From positions 3,457,410 through 3,521,409 of the forward strand of contig MU053472.1 of assembly GCA_013239625.1 (NCBI GenBank): 64,000 bases of DNA. The letters run 5' to 3'. This document shows, one piece after another, positions 24,799 through 38,554 of the stretch; position 1 is the first letter of the stretch; each line of letters opens with the position of its first letter. The notes beneath the pieces are model-generated. The model saw nothing but the letters and a program-made list of their open reading frames with translations. It was not told where the DNA came from and searched no databases. Source of the stretch: Lama guanicoe (taxonomy: Eukaryota). The position numbers were made by a program, and so were the translations under genes.

Positions 24799-25934
24799 CA
24801 TGAGAAGCCAATCCAATTATCTAATGAAAAAAATAACATTCAATAATACTTGAATAAAAGGTTATCAGCAGAAATATTTAATTTAAAATATTTTAATCTT
24901 TAAGTCTCTTTCGTCTGTCAATTCTAACCAAATTTTCTGTAAGATCATGTGATATGCCAGTTAGAATGTTTTTTTCAGTCGGGTGCAAATATCACAAAAA
25001 TCAGATTTTTGCAGATGTTCAACATTCCAAAGACTGATGTCTTTTTTTCACTGAATTCTTACATAATATAATGCCTCTTTAAAAGACTCTAGGTAGAAAT
25101 AAGACTCAATAGTGAAATAAATTCCATTAACACATTTTCATGAAAATAATAAGTTTAGTGACAACCTTCCAAAGTCCCAAGTGGCAAGGTGGTAAAAACT
25201 GTCTTTTAAAGCCCACATCAGCTATTTACACCTTCCACTAATAAGAAAAGCCATTTCTTTTCAGACTAAATAAGACCCTGAAGGATATACTCTAAAGGCC
25301 AGCACTCATGCAATGTTTATTTACATTTTTCTTCATAGTCTTTAATCTCATCTGAAAAATTTTAGCTTGACATCACTGTTTTATCTATAAACATTATGTT
25401 CTCTTCTTTATTATAACATTTTATTTTCTTCCTTTTAATATTACCATTCATTTCCTTATAACCATTTGTAATATAAATTATAATTACCAGTAGTTCATTT
25501 TACACCAGAAATCTTGGTAACTTTTAAAATCAACTCATCATATTAGAAAATCATCACAATAAATTCAAATAATAATTCATGGCATGTTTGTTTTTAACAT
25601 CTAAAATGAGTAAAATTCTCTTATATCTCAGGACTTATATAAGGTAAAATGACATTGGAACATACATCTCAAAAAATAATATTTAATTCTTATGAACTGA
25701 ATCCCCAAATAATGCATCTCCATGTCTAACTGTATATGGTATATAAAAATGTATGAAAATGTTGTGACAGAAACTACAATGATTTTCCTAAAACAAATAC
25801 TTACAAAGCAAACCTTGCCCCCTCCTTTGAAGGTCAGACATTTGTTTAAATTGTATGCCTGGGGCTCTTAGTTATGATTAATCACTTTTATACATACCAT
25901 TTTCCCTGTATCTTCATTGTTCCACAGGACTATC

Positions 25935-26882
25935 TTTTTAACTATTTTAACAGTTTTAGGTTTAAAGACAAATTGAGCAGATGTCACAGAGAGTTTATTA
26001 CCACCCTCTGCCCTAACACACAACAGTTTCCCCTATTATTAACATCTTACATTAGTATGGCACATGTTGTAATTTATGAACTAATACTGAATATTATTAT
26101 AACTAGTCCATAATTATTCATATTTCCTTAGTTTTCACATAATGTCTTCCTTCTGTTCCAGTATCCCATTCAGGATACCACTTACATTTTAGTCACCATA
26201 TCTTTTTAGGCTCCTCTTAGCTGTGAACGTTCCTCAGACATTTGTTTTTCCCTTTTTAGGATCTTGACAGTTTTGAGTAGTCATGGTTAGGTAAACTGTA
26301 GGATGCTTCTTTATTGGAATTTGTCTGATGTTTTTCTCATGTTTAGACTGGGGTTAAGGACTTTTTGTAAGGAGGATCACAGAGGTAAGGGCCATTTTCA
26401 TCACATCATGTCAAGGGTAAAAGCTATTTCATATGACTTATAACTCCTGATGTTGACCTTGTTTATCTGGCTAAAGTAGTGTTTGTCTCTCCCTGTCCTC
26501 ACTTCCCACATTGTACTCTTTGGAATGAAGTCACCATGCGCAGCCCATACTTTAGGAGTGATTAGCTATGCTCCCCTACATAATTTATTTGGTATTATTC
26601 TGTATGAAGAGATGTGTCTCTTCACCTCCATTTATTACTTTATCCAATTATTTATTTATATCAGTATGGATTCATATTTATTGTATATGGTGCTGTACTA
26701 TTTATTATTTTTGTGTGTGTGTTCAAATATTTCCAAGGTTGCCCATCAGAAGCTCTCTCAGTTTGCTCCTCTGCCCCTTTGACATAACCCCTGCCCATGC
26801 TTTTTTGCTTTTTAAGCACTTCCTTACTTTCTGCCACTACAAGATGCTCCAGGCTGATTTTGTATATTTTCTGCTCCAGTCC
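25935..26882 (-). mobile_element. L1MC/MD-like 3'UTR fossil
   Basis: ttttaacagttttaggtttaaagacaaattgagcaga start; ttccagtatcccattcaggatacca; tacaagatgctccaggct. Confidence 0.8.
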
Positions 26883-26884
26883 CT

Positions 26885-27158
26885 AAAACACAACATACAC
26901 GCACAAGACAAGGGGAGAATAACATGTAATGATGGAAGGAGATTGAAGTGCTGCAGCGGCAAACCAAGAGACATCAAGGATTGCTGGCACACCACCGAAA
27001 GCTAGGAACAGGCCAAAAAATGATTCTTCTTTACAGGTGTTAGAGTGGCACCTTATTTTTGACTTATACTCTCCGGAACTGTGAGGGAATAAAATTCTAT
27101 TGTTTTGAGCCAGTTTGTGGTACTTTGTCATGGATGGATGCCTTAGGAAATGAATACA
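26885..27158 (+). mobile_element. MaLR LTR (MLT1C-like) 3' part
   Basis: ccggaactgtgagggaataaaattctattgttttgagcc...ggaaatgaataca. Confidence 0.85.
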
Positions 27159-27164
27159 TCCACC

Positions 27165-27770
27165 TGAAAAGTGCCCCCGCCCTATTTGGTTTTCCCCAGC
27201 CAATAAATGGCACCACCATTCACTCAGTTGCTCAAGCCACAAACTGGGAGTTCCTGATTCTGCTCTTTCTCTCATCCCCACATCTAATTTATCAGAAACC
27301 TTTATTGATTCATTCCCCCAAACATACCTTGAACCCATCTACTTCTTTCCATCTCCTCAGCTACCACGATAGTCCAAATGATTATTATCCCTAGCCGGTA
27401 CAGATTACTGCAATAGCCTCTCAGTTGATCTACTTCAATTCTTACCTTTTTCCAGTCCTTTCTCCACATAGCAGCCAGTTGTCTTCTTAAAATGTGAATC
27501 AGATCATGTTACTCCCTCGCTTAAAAAAAAAATTCAAACTCCTTATGGGACTCACAAAGGCTGTATGAGGGTCTGACTTGACTCCTGCCAAATTTCTCCA
27601 ACTTTGTATCTGGTTACCCCCTTCCCCATCCACAAAACTTCAGCCTCTATGGCAGCTCTCTAGTGCCTCATGGCTTTTACCCTTCTGTCTGGTCCCTTGT
27701 CCTTCATACTCTTCAAGCAGTTAGATCCTTCTCAATTTCTTTAGGTCTAACTTTAAACATTTATTTGTGA
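27165..27770 (+). mobile_element. L2 fossil
   Basis: aatggcaccaccattcactcagttgctcaagcc; attactgcaatagcctc; tcagatcatgttactccc. Confidence 0.8.
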
Positions 27771-28329
27771 GATGAATATAAGATAAGAATGAGATCCTTA
27801 TCTACTGCAGTTACAGAAACTGCCACTCAGGAAAGAAAAAAAGATTATTATTTCCTACCAGTATTCAAATTAAGAAAGTTTTGAATAAAATCACTAATAT
27901 AATGCAGGTAATTTATTGGTCTTTTATATTATGGTACAAGATCTCTATTAGGCCAGGAGGGAAGGACACTAATATAGAACCCAAATAAATACTGTATTGT
28001 TAAAGACTTGGAAAACAGTGGGTCAGCTCTTGTTTTCAGAGACAGTTCCCTTATTTGGGCAGAATTAAAGATATTTTGACCTAGGAAATTTTTCCTACTG
28101 ACAAGAGAAACATTCTTGCCTCATTCCTCTTTAGAATTTAGTCAATGCCTACAGCCTCTGCTCTAGAATAGAACAAATTATCACTGGATCAGGTATTAAC
28201 ACCATACAGACACATAAACTCAATTTTATATTTGAACTGTTTTATCTTCAAAATCCCCTCACTCATAATTTTTCAGAGCTGCCTTCCCCAAAATTAAAAT
28301 ATATATATTCTTCATACATGCCATATTAA

Positions 28330-28563
28330 CCATGTTTTTCAAACAGAAGGTCTTTTTATGGATTGTAAAATCAACTTATTAGTGAACATTTTAAAAACAT
28401 GAATAGAAAAAAATGAATAGAAATATCAGAGTTCAGCCCACTATTTTAAGTTTCATAAAACTTTCATTTAAGGTTGTATTTGTGTGAGAGTGCATGTATG
28501 CACTAAGTCACGGTATATCTCTTACTGTGGATTGAAGTTTAAAAAAACAGATTCAAAGCATTG
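28330..28563. mobile_element. hAT-Charlie MITE (MER112-like)
   Basis: aatgaatagaaatatcagagt...tcttactgtgg; a related partial copy lies at ~60632-60770. Confidence 0.55.
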
Positions 28564-29294
28564 TTATATATGTCTGCTTGAGCAATAATCAAATCATGTC
28601 ACTCGCATGCCTGAAATTCTTCATGACTTCCTAATTTACTTAAAATAAAATCTAACCTCATCATAGTCTATAAAATCCCTATACAGTCTGAATTCTGCCT
28701 CTCTTTCAGTCTTTTTATGTGCCCACCTTCCTCTTTATCCACTAGTACCCCAGTAATATGTCTCCTTTCAGGTCCTCAAACATGCCAAGCTATTTTGCTC
28801 ACAGGATCTCTATATATGCTCTTTTCTCCTTTATTATATTTTCTGTAATTCACTTTAAAATACATTAGTACACAGTGAGATGGTTTGTTTAAATCTCTTC
28901 TATTGCTTCTCAACAAGGTTAGGTTGAGATAGGATGGTAACAGAGGAAGTGGTATATGCTCCTACAAGGAACATTTGGAAATATCTAAGTGGAAGGGTAG
29001 TTTTTGTTCTACAAAACAGCTGGAGGTTGAGGGTGGGGGACTGTTACTGACTGGTATTTGTGGGCAAGATTCATGCTAAATATCCTATAATACATAAGAC
29101 AGTCCTGCTTAATGAAAAACATCCCACTTGAACTACTAAAAGCACATTATCCTCACCCCCATTATGAGAAATTGGATCCTTAATCTAAGGGCAGTTACTT
29201 AATATTTAAACCACCATAATTCAGAAATACCCATTCCAGGGTATCTGAATAACAGACAGACAGACATGAAAAAGCAAACAAAAATCCTACTCTC

Positions 29295-30625
29295 TAAAGT
29301 TGAGTTTGGTCCATTCACATTTAATGTAATTACCAGTATGGTTGGATTATGTCTGTTCCTTTGATATCTATTTTCTATGTGTCTTACAGCTTTTAAGCTT
29401 CTCTGTTCTTTTTTTATTGCCTTCTTTTATGTTAAACAATTTTTAATACACCATTTTAATTTCTCTGATTTTTAAACTATAATTTTGGGTTATTTTCTTC
29501 TGTATTTTTCTCAGTTGGTTGCTCTAAAGACTACAATATATATCTTATCATAATCTACTTAATGTTAATACTAATTTAATTCTGGTAAAATATAGGAACT
29601 TGGCCACAACATAGCTCCACTTTCTTCTCCTTCTTTTGTCCTACTATTGTTATATACACAATATCACTATACATTATAAGCCCAATGAACAGTATTGTAA
29701 TTATTGCTCTACACAATCTTATATCTTGAAAAGATACTAAGAGAAAAAAATATTTATACCAACTTTTACATTTTCCCAAATGTTTACCATTTCTGGTGTT
29801 CTTATTCCTGTGGATCTGAGTTATGGTCTGGTTATCATTTTCCTTTAGCCTAAAGTACTTCTTTTGGTATATCTTGTAATTTTCTCAGTGTTTATCTGGA
29901 AGTACCTTTATTTCACCCTCACAGTTTTGCTGGATATGGAAATCTTGGTTGACAGTATTTTTTTCTCCTCCAGAACTTTGAATATGACTCCACTAAAACA
30001 GTTACATCTTTTTGTTATTCCCTTGTACATGATGAACTGTTTTTCTCTTGCTTCTTTCCAGATTTTGTTTTTCTTTGGGTCTCAATAGTTTGACTATGAA
30101 GTATCTAGATGTGGATCTCTTTGTGATATTCTTTCATATTTAGGAAGTTTTCAGCCATTGTATCTTCAAATATTTGTTCTGCTTCTTTCTCTTCTCTCCT
30201 CCTGAGACTCTTATTACACTTACATGGGTACACACTTGATGTCTCCCAAGTCTCTAAGATTCTGTTCATTCTCCTTCAGTCTCCAGTTCTCTGTTCTATA
30301 GATTGGGTAATTTCTCTTGATTTATATTTCAGCTCACCAATTCATTCTTCTGCCATCTCAAATCGTCTGTTAGCCAATCTACTGAATTTTCATTTCCATT
30401 ATAGTACTTTTCAAATCTAGAATTTCCATTTTATTCTTTTAGTTTTTATTTGTTTGTTGATTTAATTACTTGAACATATTTATAATAGCTATTTTTAAAT
30501 CTTGATCTGCTAAATCCAGTATCAGGGCCTACTCAAAAGTTAATTTCTATTGACTGCTTTCCCCCCTGAGTATGACTCATATTTTCTTGTTGAAAACTGG
30601 AAATTTTGCATAATAAATTGTAGCA
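29295..30625 (-). mobile_element. Old L1M ORF1/inter-ORF fossil
   Basis: ccattcacatttaatgtaatt; tttgctggatatggaaatcttggttgacag; ggaagttttcagccattgtatcttcaaata. Confidence 0.8.
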
Positions 30626-30627
30626 AT

Positions 30628-31052
30628 TCTGAATTCTGGAAAAGGCACAGCTACAGAAACAATAAAAAGATCATGGTTTCCAGGGGTTTGGGGAGAGGGA
30701 GGGAGGGAGGAATGAACAGATGGAGCACAAAGGATTTTTAAGGCAATGAAATTATTCTGTATGATACTATAGTAGTAGCTACATGTCATTATGCATTTGC
30801 CAAAACCCATACAATGCACAACATCAAGAGTGAACCCTAAAGTAAACTATGGACTTTGGCTGATAATAATGTGTCCATGTTGGTTCATCAATTGTACCAA
30901 ATATGCCACACTGATGAGAGATGTTGAGGGTAGGGGAATATATATGTGTGGGTGGGGAGGGCTATGTGTGAACTCTCTGTATTTTCTGCTCAATTCTGCT
31001 GTGAACCTGAAACTTCTCTAAAAAAAATTAAGTCTATTAATAAAAAAAAAAA
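30628..31052 (+). mobile_element. L1MC-like 3' end
   Basis: ccaaaacccatacaatgcacaacatcaagagtgaaccctaaagtaaactatggactttgg ... A-tail. Confidence 0.85.
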
Positions 31053-33291
31053 AGGGCAAAAAGAAAGATCATGGACTTAAAGCCCAATGCAGACTTTGCC
31101 ATGTTCCATAAACTCAAAAATGCACCCTCAATCCTAGACAGTAGATTTAAATAAACATTCAATTCATTACAATGAGGACCAAGAAAAAGAGTTTAAATGG
31201 GTGAAAACAATCCATCACCACTACATCACCACAATCCAAAACCTCCTTAAAAAAAGCCATACAGACAGTTAAGTTAGTAAAAGAATCTTTGGACATTAAA
31301 GATAGTAATTTACACTGACAAGCTGAAACTAATTTCTCTCTTGCAATCTAAAATGATAGATAGTAAGCAATAATTTTTACATATAATTGGATTAAATGTA
31401 GCTTTAATGTACTCTTTTCCTTCAATATAGCTTATCTTTGAGGTTCTGCTGAATTTTAGTTGCCATAACAACCTGAGTAAACCCTTTATTGCTGTAGATA
31501 TCTGTAGCTATTTATAAATACAACAGCTGGATCTGTCCAGCTAAATTCTTTTATAAGACACAAAAGCAGTTTTCCTTTATTCTGAATAAACTTGAGAAAA
31601 ATGTCAGGTACCATTAAATGTATAGAAATGTACCATCAACTATATAGAATAAATCAGAAAATGCCTGCTTGCACTGTTTCCTGAAGAAGTATCAATATAA
31701 ACACAAATCTTTATAAATTATCAACCTTTTTCTGAATTGAAATATGCTTAGATATTTTAAATGAATTTCTCCCCTCTATAGTTAAAAAATACAAGACTAT
31801 ACACAAAGAAGTAAACACTGGCATTTACATAAAACAATATTTATCAGCAGCTAAGGCAAACTAAATTCATTAAGAAAAATAGAATAAATATTTTATAGCT
31901 GAATCCTCTTTTCAAAATGATTATATTGGTTCTATTAAAATGACTTATAATAATTAGACTGGAGAAATGTCTACTTTGCCTGATAAACTTTTTGAGTACA
32001 CCCAATTTAAAAATAAAAGGTTTATTCTGCAGCATGTAGCAGCTGATTAGCAGCTTCTTTCTTAGATAGGATCTGTGCCCATGCTACACAGTCTCACAAA
32101 GTGTTGGCTCAAAGATCACTCAGATTAAGACTGCTATATTTAGAACAACCTACAGTTTTTGTCTACAGGAAAAAAAAACTTTTAAATTATGTATAAATAA
32201 ATGTATTAACTGATACTCAGTATATACATGTTCTTTCCCGGATTTAGATTTTCATCTCTGTGCTCATCTCCTTTCAAATCCCTTTCTGCAATTATAATCT
32301 GTATGTTTCAAAAGCAAATATAGTATCTTACAATCAGTATATTTGGGCATAGGCTATTAATTTGTATAAAAACTAAATTTTCACCTTATCTATATTTAAT
32401 CTATGCTTAATTTTACAATAATTAAATAATGTATAAGACAATTTCCTAAGGAAAAAATATTAAGAAATCAAACAGGCAATTCAAATAGCAGCAGCAATGT
32501 TATTTCCAAATTTCAAAGGTTTACAATAGATGCATAAAAATATTTTATATTCATTTCTGTTGTATTTTGAAATGAAACATATCCAATTATTAAATGAGGC
32601 TGTTTCCCTTTCACCTAAATATTTCAGAGAACAGAATAATTACAATGCTAAGAAATCATTCCTGTGCCTGGAATATCAAGTAAGTCTGCCTTTCATGCAA
32701 CTACCCACATGATTATTTTCCTGTTACTTTTATAGTTCCTTTTCTGCCCATTTCATTCCTTGAACAATTTATCAAAAGTGCTTACATGGCAGAAATATGC
32801 CTATTTAATTTTCTCTTCAACTAGATACAATTTTTCTTAGGTGATGAAAATGAGGATAAGAATTTATTCTTCTATTTTGCCTTTATACTTTAAAAAGTGC
32901 TCACATACACTATATTATCTGGTGCACAAACAATGCTTTGACATAGGTAAGAGAGAGATTATTCTCATTTTGAAAATCAGAAAAAATTAGGCTAGAAGGT
33001 TTGCCCTAGGTCAAACAAGAAGTGCAAGAATAATCAGAACCCAGCTCTCTTGACATTTCTTTTTCACAACACTTTGCTGCCTCCCTATTTTAAGTGACAA
33101 GAGGGAGAGACTGGTGCAACTGACTTTGGCAGCCTGCAGTTGTTACAGACTCTGAACAACAGAATCAATTACAATCCATATTCTCCAACAGCAAGCCTTA
33201 GCAGTATGGTAGATCTGTCTGATATCATAGCTTTGGTAACCAGAGGCTTAAACTTATGCTTATTATGATTAGAATTTGCCTATAGAACACG

Positions 33292-33299
33292 AACACACA

Positions 33300-33331
<32 letters not shown>
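33292..33331. repeat. (CA)n microsatellite
   Basis: ~19 CA units with one interruption. Confidence 0.95.
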
Positions 33332-33334
<3 letters not shown>

Positions 33335-33419
33335 TGTATTCCAGAAAAGAACCACCTATTGGGTCCAAACTTTCACATTTTCTATTCATGGCCAATCAGT
33401 GTTTAAAATAGGAACTATC

Positions 33420-33583
33420 AGGGCAGGAGGGTATAGCTCAAGTGGTAAAGTGCATGCTCAGCATACACAAGTCCCAGCTTCAATCCTCAGTACTGCCATT
33501 AAACAAATAATTAAATAAATAGATCTAATTACCTAATCCCCCCTAAAAAAACTAAAAACACAAAAACTAACTAAATAAATAAA
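33420..33583 (+). mobile_element. Camelid tRNA-derived SINE (Vic-1-like)
   Basis: gggtatagctcaagtggtaaagtgcatgctcagcat; TSD taaaatagg(a/c)actatc 33404-33419 / 33584-33599. Confidence 0.92.
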
Positions 33584-34640
33584 TAAAATAGGCACTATCT
33601 TAACCAATGAGCAAGTTTACAAATGGCTGTGGGCTACACCTTTAGGAATGGGAATGCATTCTCTATTTTTAGAAAACACTTAAATCTTAGTATAAGGCCA
33701 AAACAGAAAGGAAACAGAAACTGTCTCCAACTCTGACATTCTTCCTACCAGCTAACAATATAGCAAAAACCTTTAAGTTGTTCTAACCCTAATTATCAGC
33801 TAAACACATAACAAAATCAGAAACAGGGTCATATTCTCTCTTGTTTTGGTTGAGGTTGAGGGGGGAATAAGGTGAGAGGGTAAGCGGGTGAGAGAAAGAG
33901 AGAAAGAGTTGGCAACTATCCTTCTAAGTAAACAACCCACTACTGCTCATGTTTTATAATGCCTGTTCCAATCACTTGTTTATCTCATTCAGTGCCACAT
34001 TTCAGTGCTTTCTTCGATTTATTTTATACTGCTTTTTGCTGTTGTTATTTGTCTACCTCCATCATTATATCTTTCTTTCTATCTCTCTTTCTACTAATCC
34101 TCATTCCTATCTCAGCAGTCTTTATTTTTGGCCTGCCAGATTCCTCTTTGACACTGCCACTTAAAGCTTTGCCTTCATCAACTCATGCCTTAAAGTGCTT
34201 TAAAATGATCTCTTACATTTCTCTTGATCTTCTTTCAAAATCTCATCACCTTGATGCATCTTAGAAAGTTATTAGGATTTCACACAATTCAGTGTACTCC
34301 CAATCCGTCTCTAGCAAAGAATAATGAAGTTAGCCTAGGGAAACCCTTTCACCAATCCCATCAACTCTCAAAATAAATTCCCTTCATTGTTGAAGAGGAC
34401 TTCAGTTGCTATTCTGTTTCTATCTCTTCTACTAGTTTCCTGAGCCCTAATATTTGCTTTTCAATGGAGAGAGTCCATTCTCATTATATTGGGAAAGTAT
34501 CTGTCCTGCTCTGTTAAGTTATATCAAACATCTAAAAGTGTATATACAAAGATGCATGATTATTCTGGTCCCTCTGAGTGGCACCCACTGGACAAGGGGC
34601 TTGAATGTAGGAATCTTCACATTAAAATGAAATAGCTTCT

Positions 34641-35049
34641 GCATCAACCTAAATGTCCATCGATAGACGAATGGATAAAAAAGTGGTATATGTATACAGT
34701 GGAATACTACCCAGCCATAAAAAAGAATGAAAAAGTGCCATTTGCAGCAACAAGGACAGACCTAGAGATTATCATACTAAGTTAAGTCAGATACAGAAAG
34801 ACAAATATCATACGATATCACTTACAGGTGGAATCTAAAATATAATACAAATAACTCATTTACAAAACAGAAACAGACTCACACAGAAAACAAACTTACG
34901 GTTACCAAAGGAGAAAGAGGGTGGGGAGGAATAAATTTGGAGTTTGGGATTAGCAGATACAAACTACTATATGTAAAACAGGTAACAATATCCTACTGTA
35001 CAGCACAATGAATTATATTTTAAAAAAATAAATACAAAATACAAAATAC
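34641..35049 (+). mobile_element. 5'-truncated L1 3' end
   Basis: caacctaaatgtccatcg...; perfect 15-bp TSD aatgaaatagcttct 34626-34640 / 35050-35064. Confidence 0.93.
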
Positions 35050-35519
35050 AATGAAATAGCTTCTTCTTTTTCTGGTGAACTCCTTCCTCCTAACCAGGTA
35101 ACTATAAAAACACAAAGTCTAGCTGAAGGACACTAATATTAAATATAGTATAATCACTTATAGAGATTGCTTACCATCTACACTTTAAAGATCACAGCTT
35201 ACAATTAAAATTAAGCACACCATTAAATGTCTCAGATTAAGTAATTTTTATTTTATTATAATGCAAAATTTGGTATCATAGTTTGTTGTTCATACAGTAC
35301 AGCTTATCTGTTTATCTAAAATCAGTAGGACTATTGCTACTAACCTTTAATTATGACTCACTCCCACAAGTAATTTCTTTTATTCATGATATACTTTAAA
35401 TGTATTTATTTTTAAATACTTGTTTGTATACCTAAATGAAATAACTTAGCACACAGAGAATAATTCTGCTGAGTTTTTAGCACAATTTGGACACTATGAT
35501 GAAATAACAGCCATTGATG

Positions 35520-36822
35520 GGAACTCAAAATGGATTAAAGAAATACTTAAGAATAAGACCTGAAACCATACAATTCCTAAAAGAAAATATAGAGGAAAAG
35601 CTGCTTGATATTGGTCTTGGCAATGATTTTTTGGGCTTGATATCAAAAGCACAGGCAACAAAAGCAAAAATAAACAAGTGGCCCTACATCAAACTAAAAA
35701 GTTTCTGCACAGTAAAGGAAATAATCAACAAAACGAAAAGGCAACCTATAGAATGGGGGGAACTATCTGCAAATCATATATCTGACAAGGGGTTCATATC
35801 CAAAATATATGTGGAACTCATACAACTCAACAGCAAAAAACAAACAACAACAAAAAACACACCAAGCAACTTGATTAAAAATGGGCAAAAGACCTAAACA
35901 GACATTTTTCCAAAGAAGACAAACAGCCAAGAGATACATGAAAAGATGTTCAGCATCACTAATCATCAGAGAAATGGAAATCAAAATCACAATGAGATAT
36001 CACCTCATATCTGTTAGAATGTCTATTGTCAAAAAGTCAAAAGATAACAAGTGCTAGGATGTGGAGAAAAGGAAACCCTTGTGCACTGCTGGTGAGAATG
36101 TAAATTGCTACAGTCATTATAGAAAACAGTACGGAGGATCCTCAAAAAATTAAAAACAGAACTACCATATGATCTAGCAATGATTATATATTTAAGGGAA
36201 ATTAAATCACTATCCTGAAGAGATATCTTCACTCCCATGTTCATTGCAGCATTATTCACAGTAGCAAAGATATAGAAACAACCTGTCCGTGGATAGATGA
36301 ATGGAGATATATATATATATCTCTACACAGTTAAATATTATTTAGCCTTAAAAAAGAAGGAAATCCTACCAACATGGATGAATCTGGACGACATTATGCT
36401 AAGTGAAATAAGCCAGACAGAAATACAAATATCACATTATCTCACTTATATGTGGAAATATTTTTTTTAAAAGTCATTCTCATAGTAATAAGAGAGTAGA
36501 ATGGTAGTTACCAGAAACTAGATGGGTAGAGAAAACGGGAAATACTTATCAAAGGGTATAAGCTTTCAGTTATAAGATTAATAGATTCACAGCATAGTGA
36601 CCATAGTTAATGATAATGTATTATATATTTGAAATTTGTTAAGCAGTAAATCTCAAGTAACATACACACACAAAATAGAAACTATGGGAGAGGATGGATA
36701 TGTTAATTAGTTTGGCTGTGGTAATTATTTTACTACAATGCATACATTTATCAAAACATTATATACATTAAATACAATTATTATTTGTCAAAAATAATAT
36801 ATAAAATTTTTTATTTTAAAAA
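35520..36822 (+). mobile_element. L1 (L1MA-like) ORF2 C-terminus + 3'UTR
   Basis: IRPETIQFLKENIEEKLLDIGLGNDF, IKLKSFCT; L1MA-type 3'UTR. Confidence 0.9.
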
Positions 36823-36994
36823 TAGTTACTGATGTGTATTCATACCCCATTTTATTCATTCTAACTTATTCATATATTTTGTCAAAGTTTTAAAGTTATG
36901 TATAAATGCATTTTCTATTTATATCATAATAGGTACATTCCTTTAAGACACCGATCATGTCTTATACAGTTGATTCCCAAGTAATCTGAAACAA

Positions 36995-37230
36995 GAAAAT
37001 AACATTTATTGCAGATTAAAAAGGGTCCTGCACTTAGTTTAACACATCATGTATTTAACCCTCCTAGCAATCCTGTAAAGTATTATATAACTCCATTTTC
37101 CTGATAAGAAACTCAAGGTTTGAGAGGTTAAGTACCTTGCTCAAGGTTACATAATTAGTAAGTGGAGCCAGAATTAATTCTAAGTCTTTTTGACACTGAA
37201 ATCCATACCCTTTATCATTGTGTTATACTG
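36995..37230 (-). mobile_element. MIR SINE
   Basis: ccattttcctgataagaaactcaaggtttgagaggttaagtaccttgctcaaggttac. Confidence 0.8.
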
Positions 37231-37849
37231 TTTCTTATGTATTCAAGAAAAACATGTAATTGGAAATATGGCTATAGAAAATCAACAGCCATAACAACAG
37301 TTATAAGATTTCATCATCTCATTTGATAAGAATTTATAAAGAGAAAAACGATTTTTACAAATCTATTTGCCAAAGATTTATTGTGCACTTAGTATGTATG
37401 AAGCAATGTTCAAAGATTCCTGTCCTTAAGGAGCTTATATAAAGAAGTCTTTCCATGAAGCAAGAAAGTGCCAAGGAACTAAGAAAGAGGCGCTACAAAA
37501 TGACAAAGTACGAAATGGAGATGGTAATCATCAGCAGTAAAATTTACCCAGGATCTAAGTGATCAAATATTGCTGGCTTACATATGGGTTGCCAGTGCAT
37601 GAGATACCAAGAAGTTAGTGAACTTGGGTACTATATTAAAAGCTTACATTAATTAAAGCCTGTATAAGGAAATAAGTAGCCCTCAAATATTTATAATTAA
37701 AATGCAATTTTCTTTTTCCCTGTATCCCTACAATAGTAATGTTAAGTGGTTTGGGATCATCTTTATTGTAAATTCATTAAGATGGGAATAAAGATACATT
37801 TATTATCTTTGTCAGTGCCAACAAGTAGTCACTAAAATATGTTTTTGGG

Positions 37850-38062
37850 TAAGATGTTCTGAATTAAATATGAATCTACTACTTGTTAACACGTGTGACC
37901 TTAGGCAACTTATTTAGCCTCTCCATATGCCTCACGTTCCTTATCTGTAAAATAAAGATAATAAGAGTTCCTATCTGACGGTTGTTGTGAGGGTTGAATT
38001 AATGTGTTTTACTTAGCACAGGGTCTGACACAGTAAGCACTCAATAAAACTTAACCATTATT
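37850..38062 (+). mobile_element. MIR SINE
   Basis: tgtgaccttaggcaacttatttagcctctc...ccttatctgtaaaat...gtaagcactcaataaa. Confidence 0.85.
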
Positions 38063-38554
38063 AAATACTGCCTCTTCCTCAAGCTATTTAATATTATTTA
38101 CTTTTTAAGTAAGGTACTGATGATGGACTAGATCCAGCACAAATTTAACTTCAGAAAAACAATAGAGTTTATTCTTCTTAGGAAACTCAATTATTTTCTA
38201 GGAGACAAATATAATTTAGCATTTTATTATTATACAAGTTTCAGAATGCTTGGAAACCCTGAGTGTTAACTAGTTTGAGAAGTGGCATAGTTTATTTACA
38301 GCATGTTTCATTTGCTGAAATGTAAAAAATTTTCTAGCTTCTCAGTGAATGTATAACAAAGAAATCGGTATTTAATATTTTAAATAGAGAAATGAAAAAC
38401 AGTACCAAAAAGGCAAATCTAGAAATGTTATTGCCCCCAAATGATACTACGTTTGTGAAATTCTAAGACATTTTCATAAATTAAAATGAAAATAGTACGT
38501 TTTCAAAATAAGGTAAGAAAAAGCCTTCCAAAACCGTCTTTTAAAACATAATGC

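Noticed and set aside
26483..27394. Cluster of 99-151-aa ORFs
   Set aside because: They span L1MC/MLT1/L2 junctions; no coherent protein
33940..34620. Purine-skewed (minus strand) stretch that looked like a coding exon or processed pseudogene
   Set aside because: No sustained minus-strand reading frame or splice pair found; probably a very old repeat I cannot name
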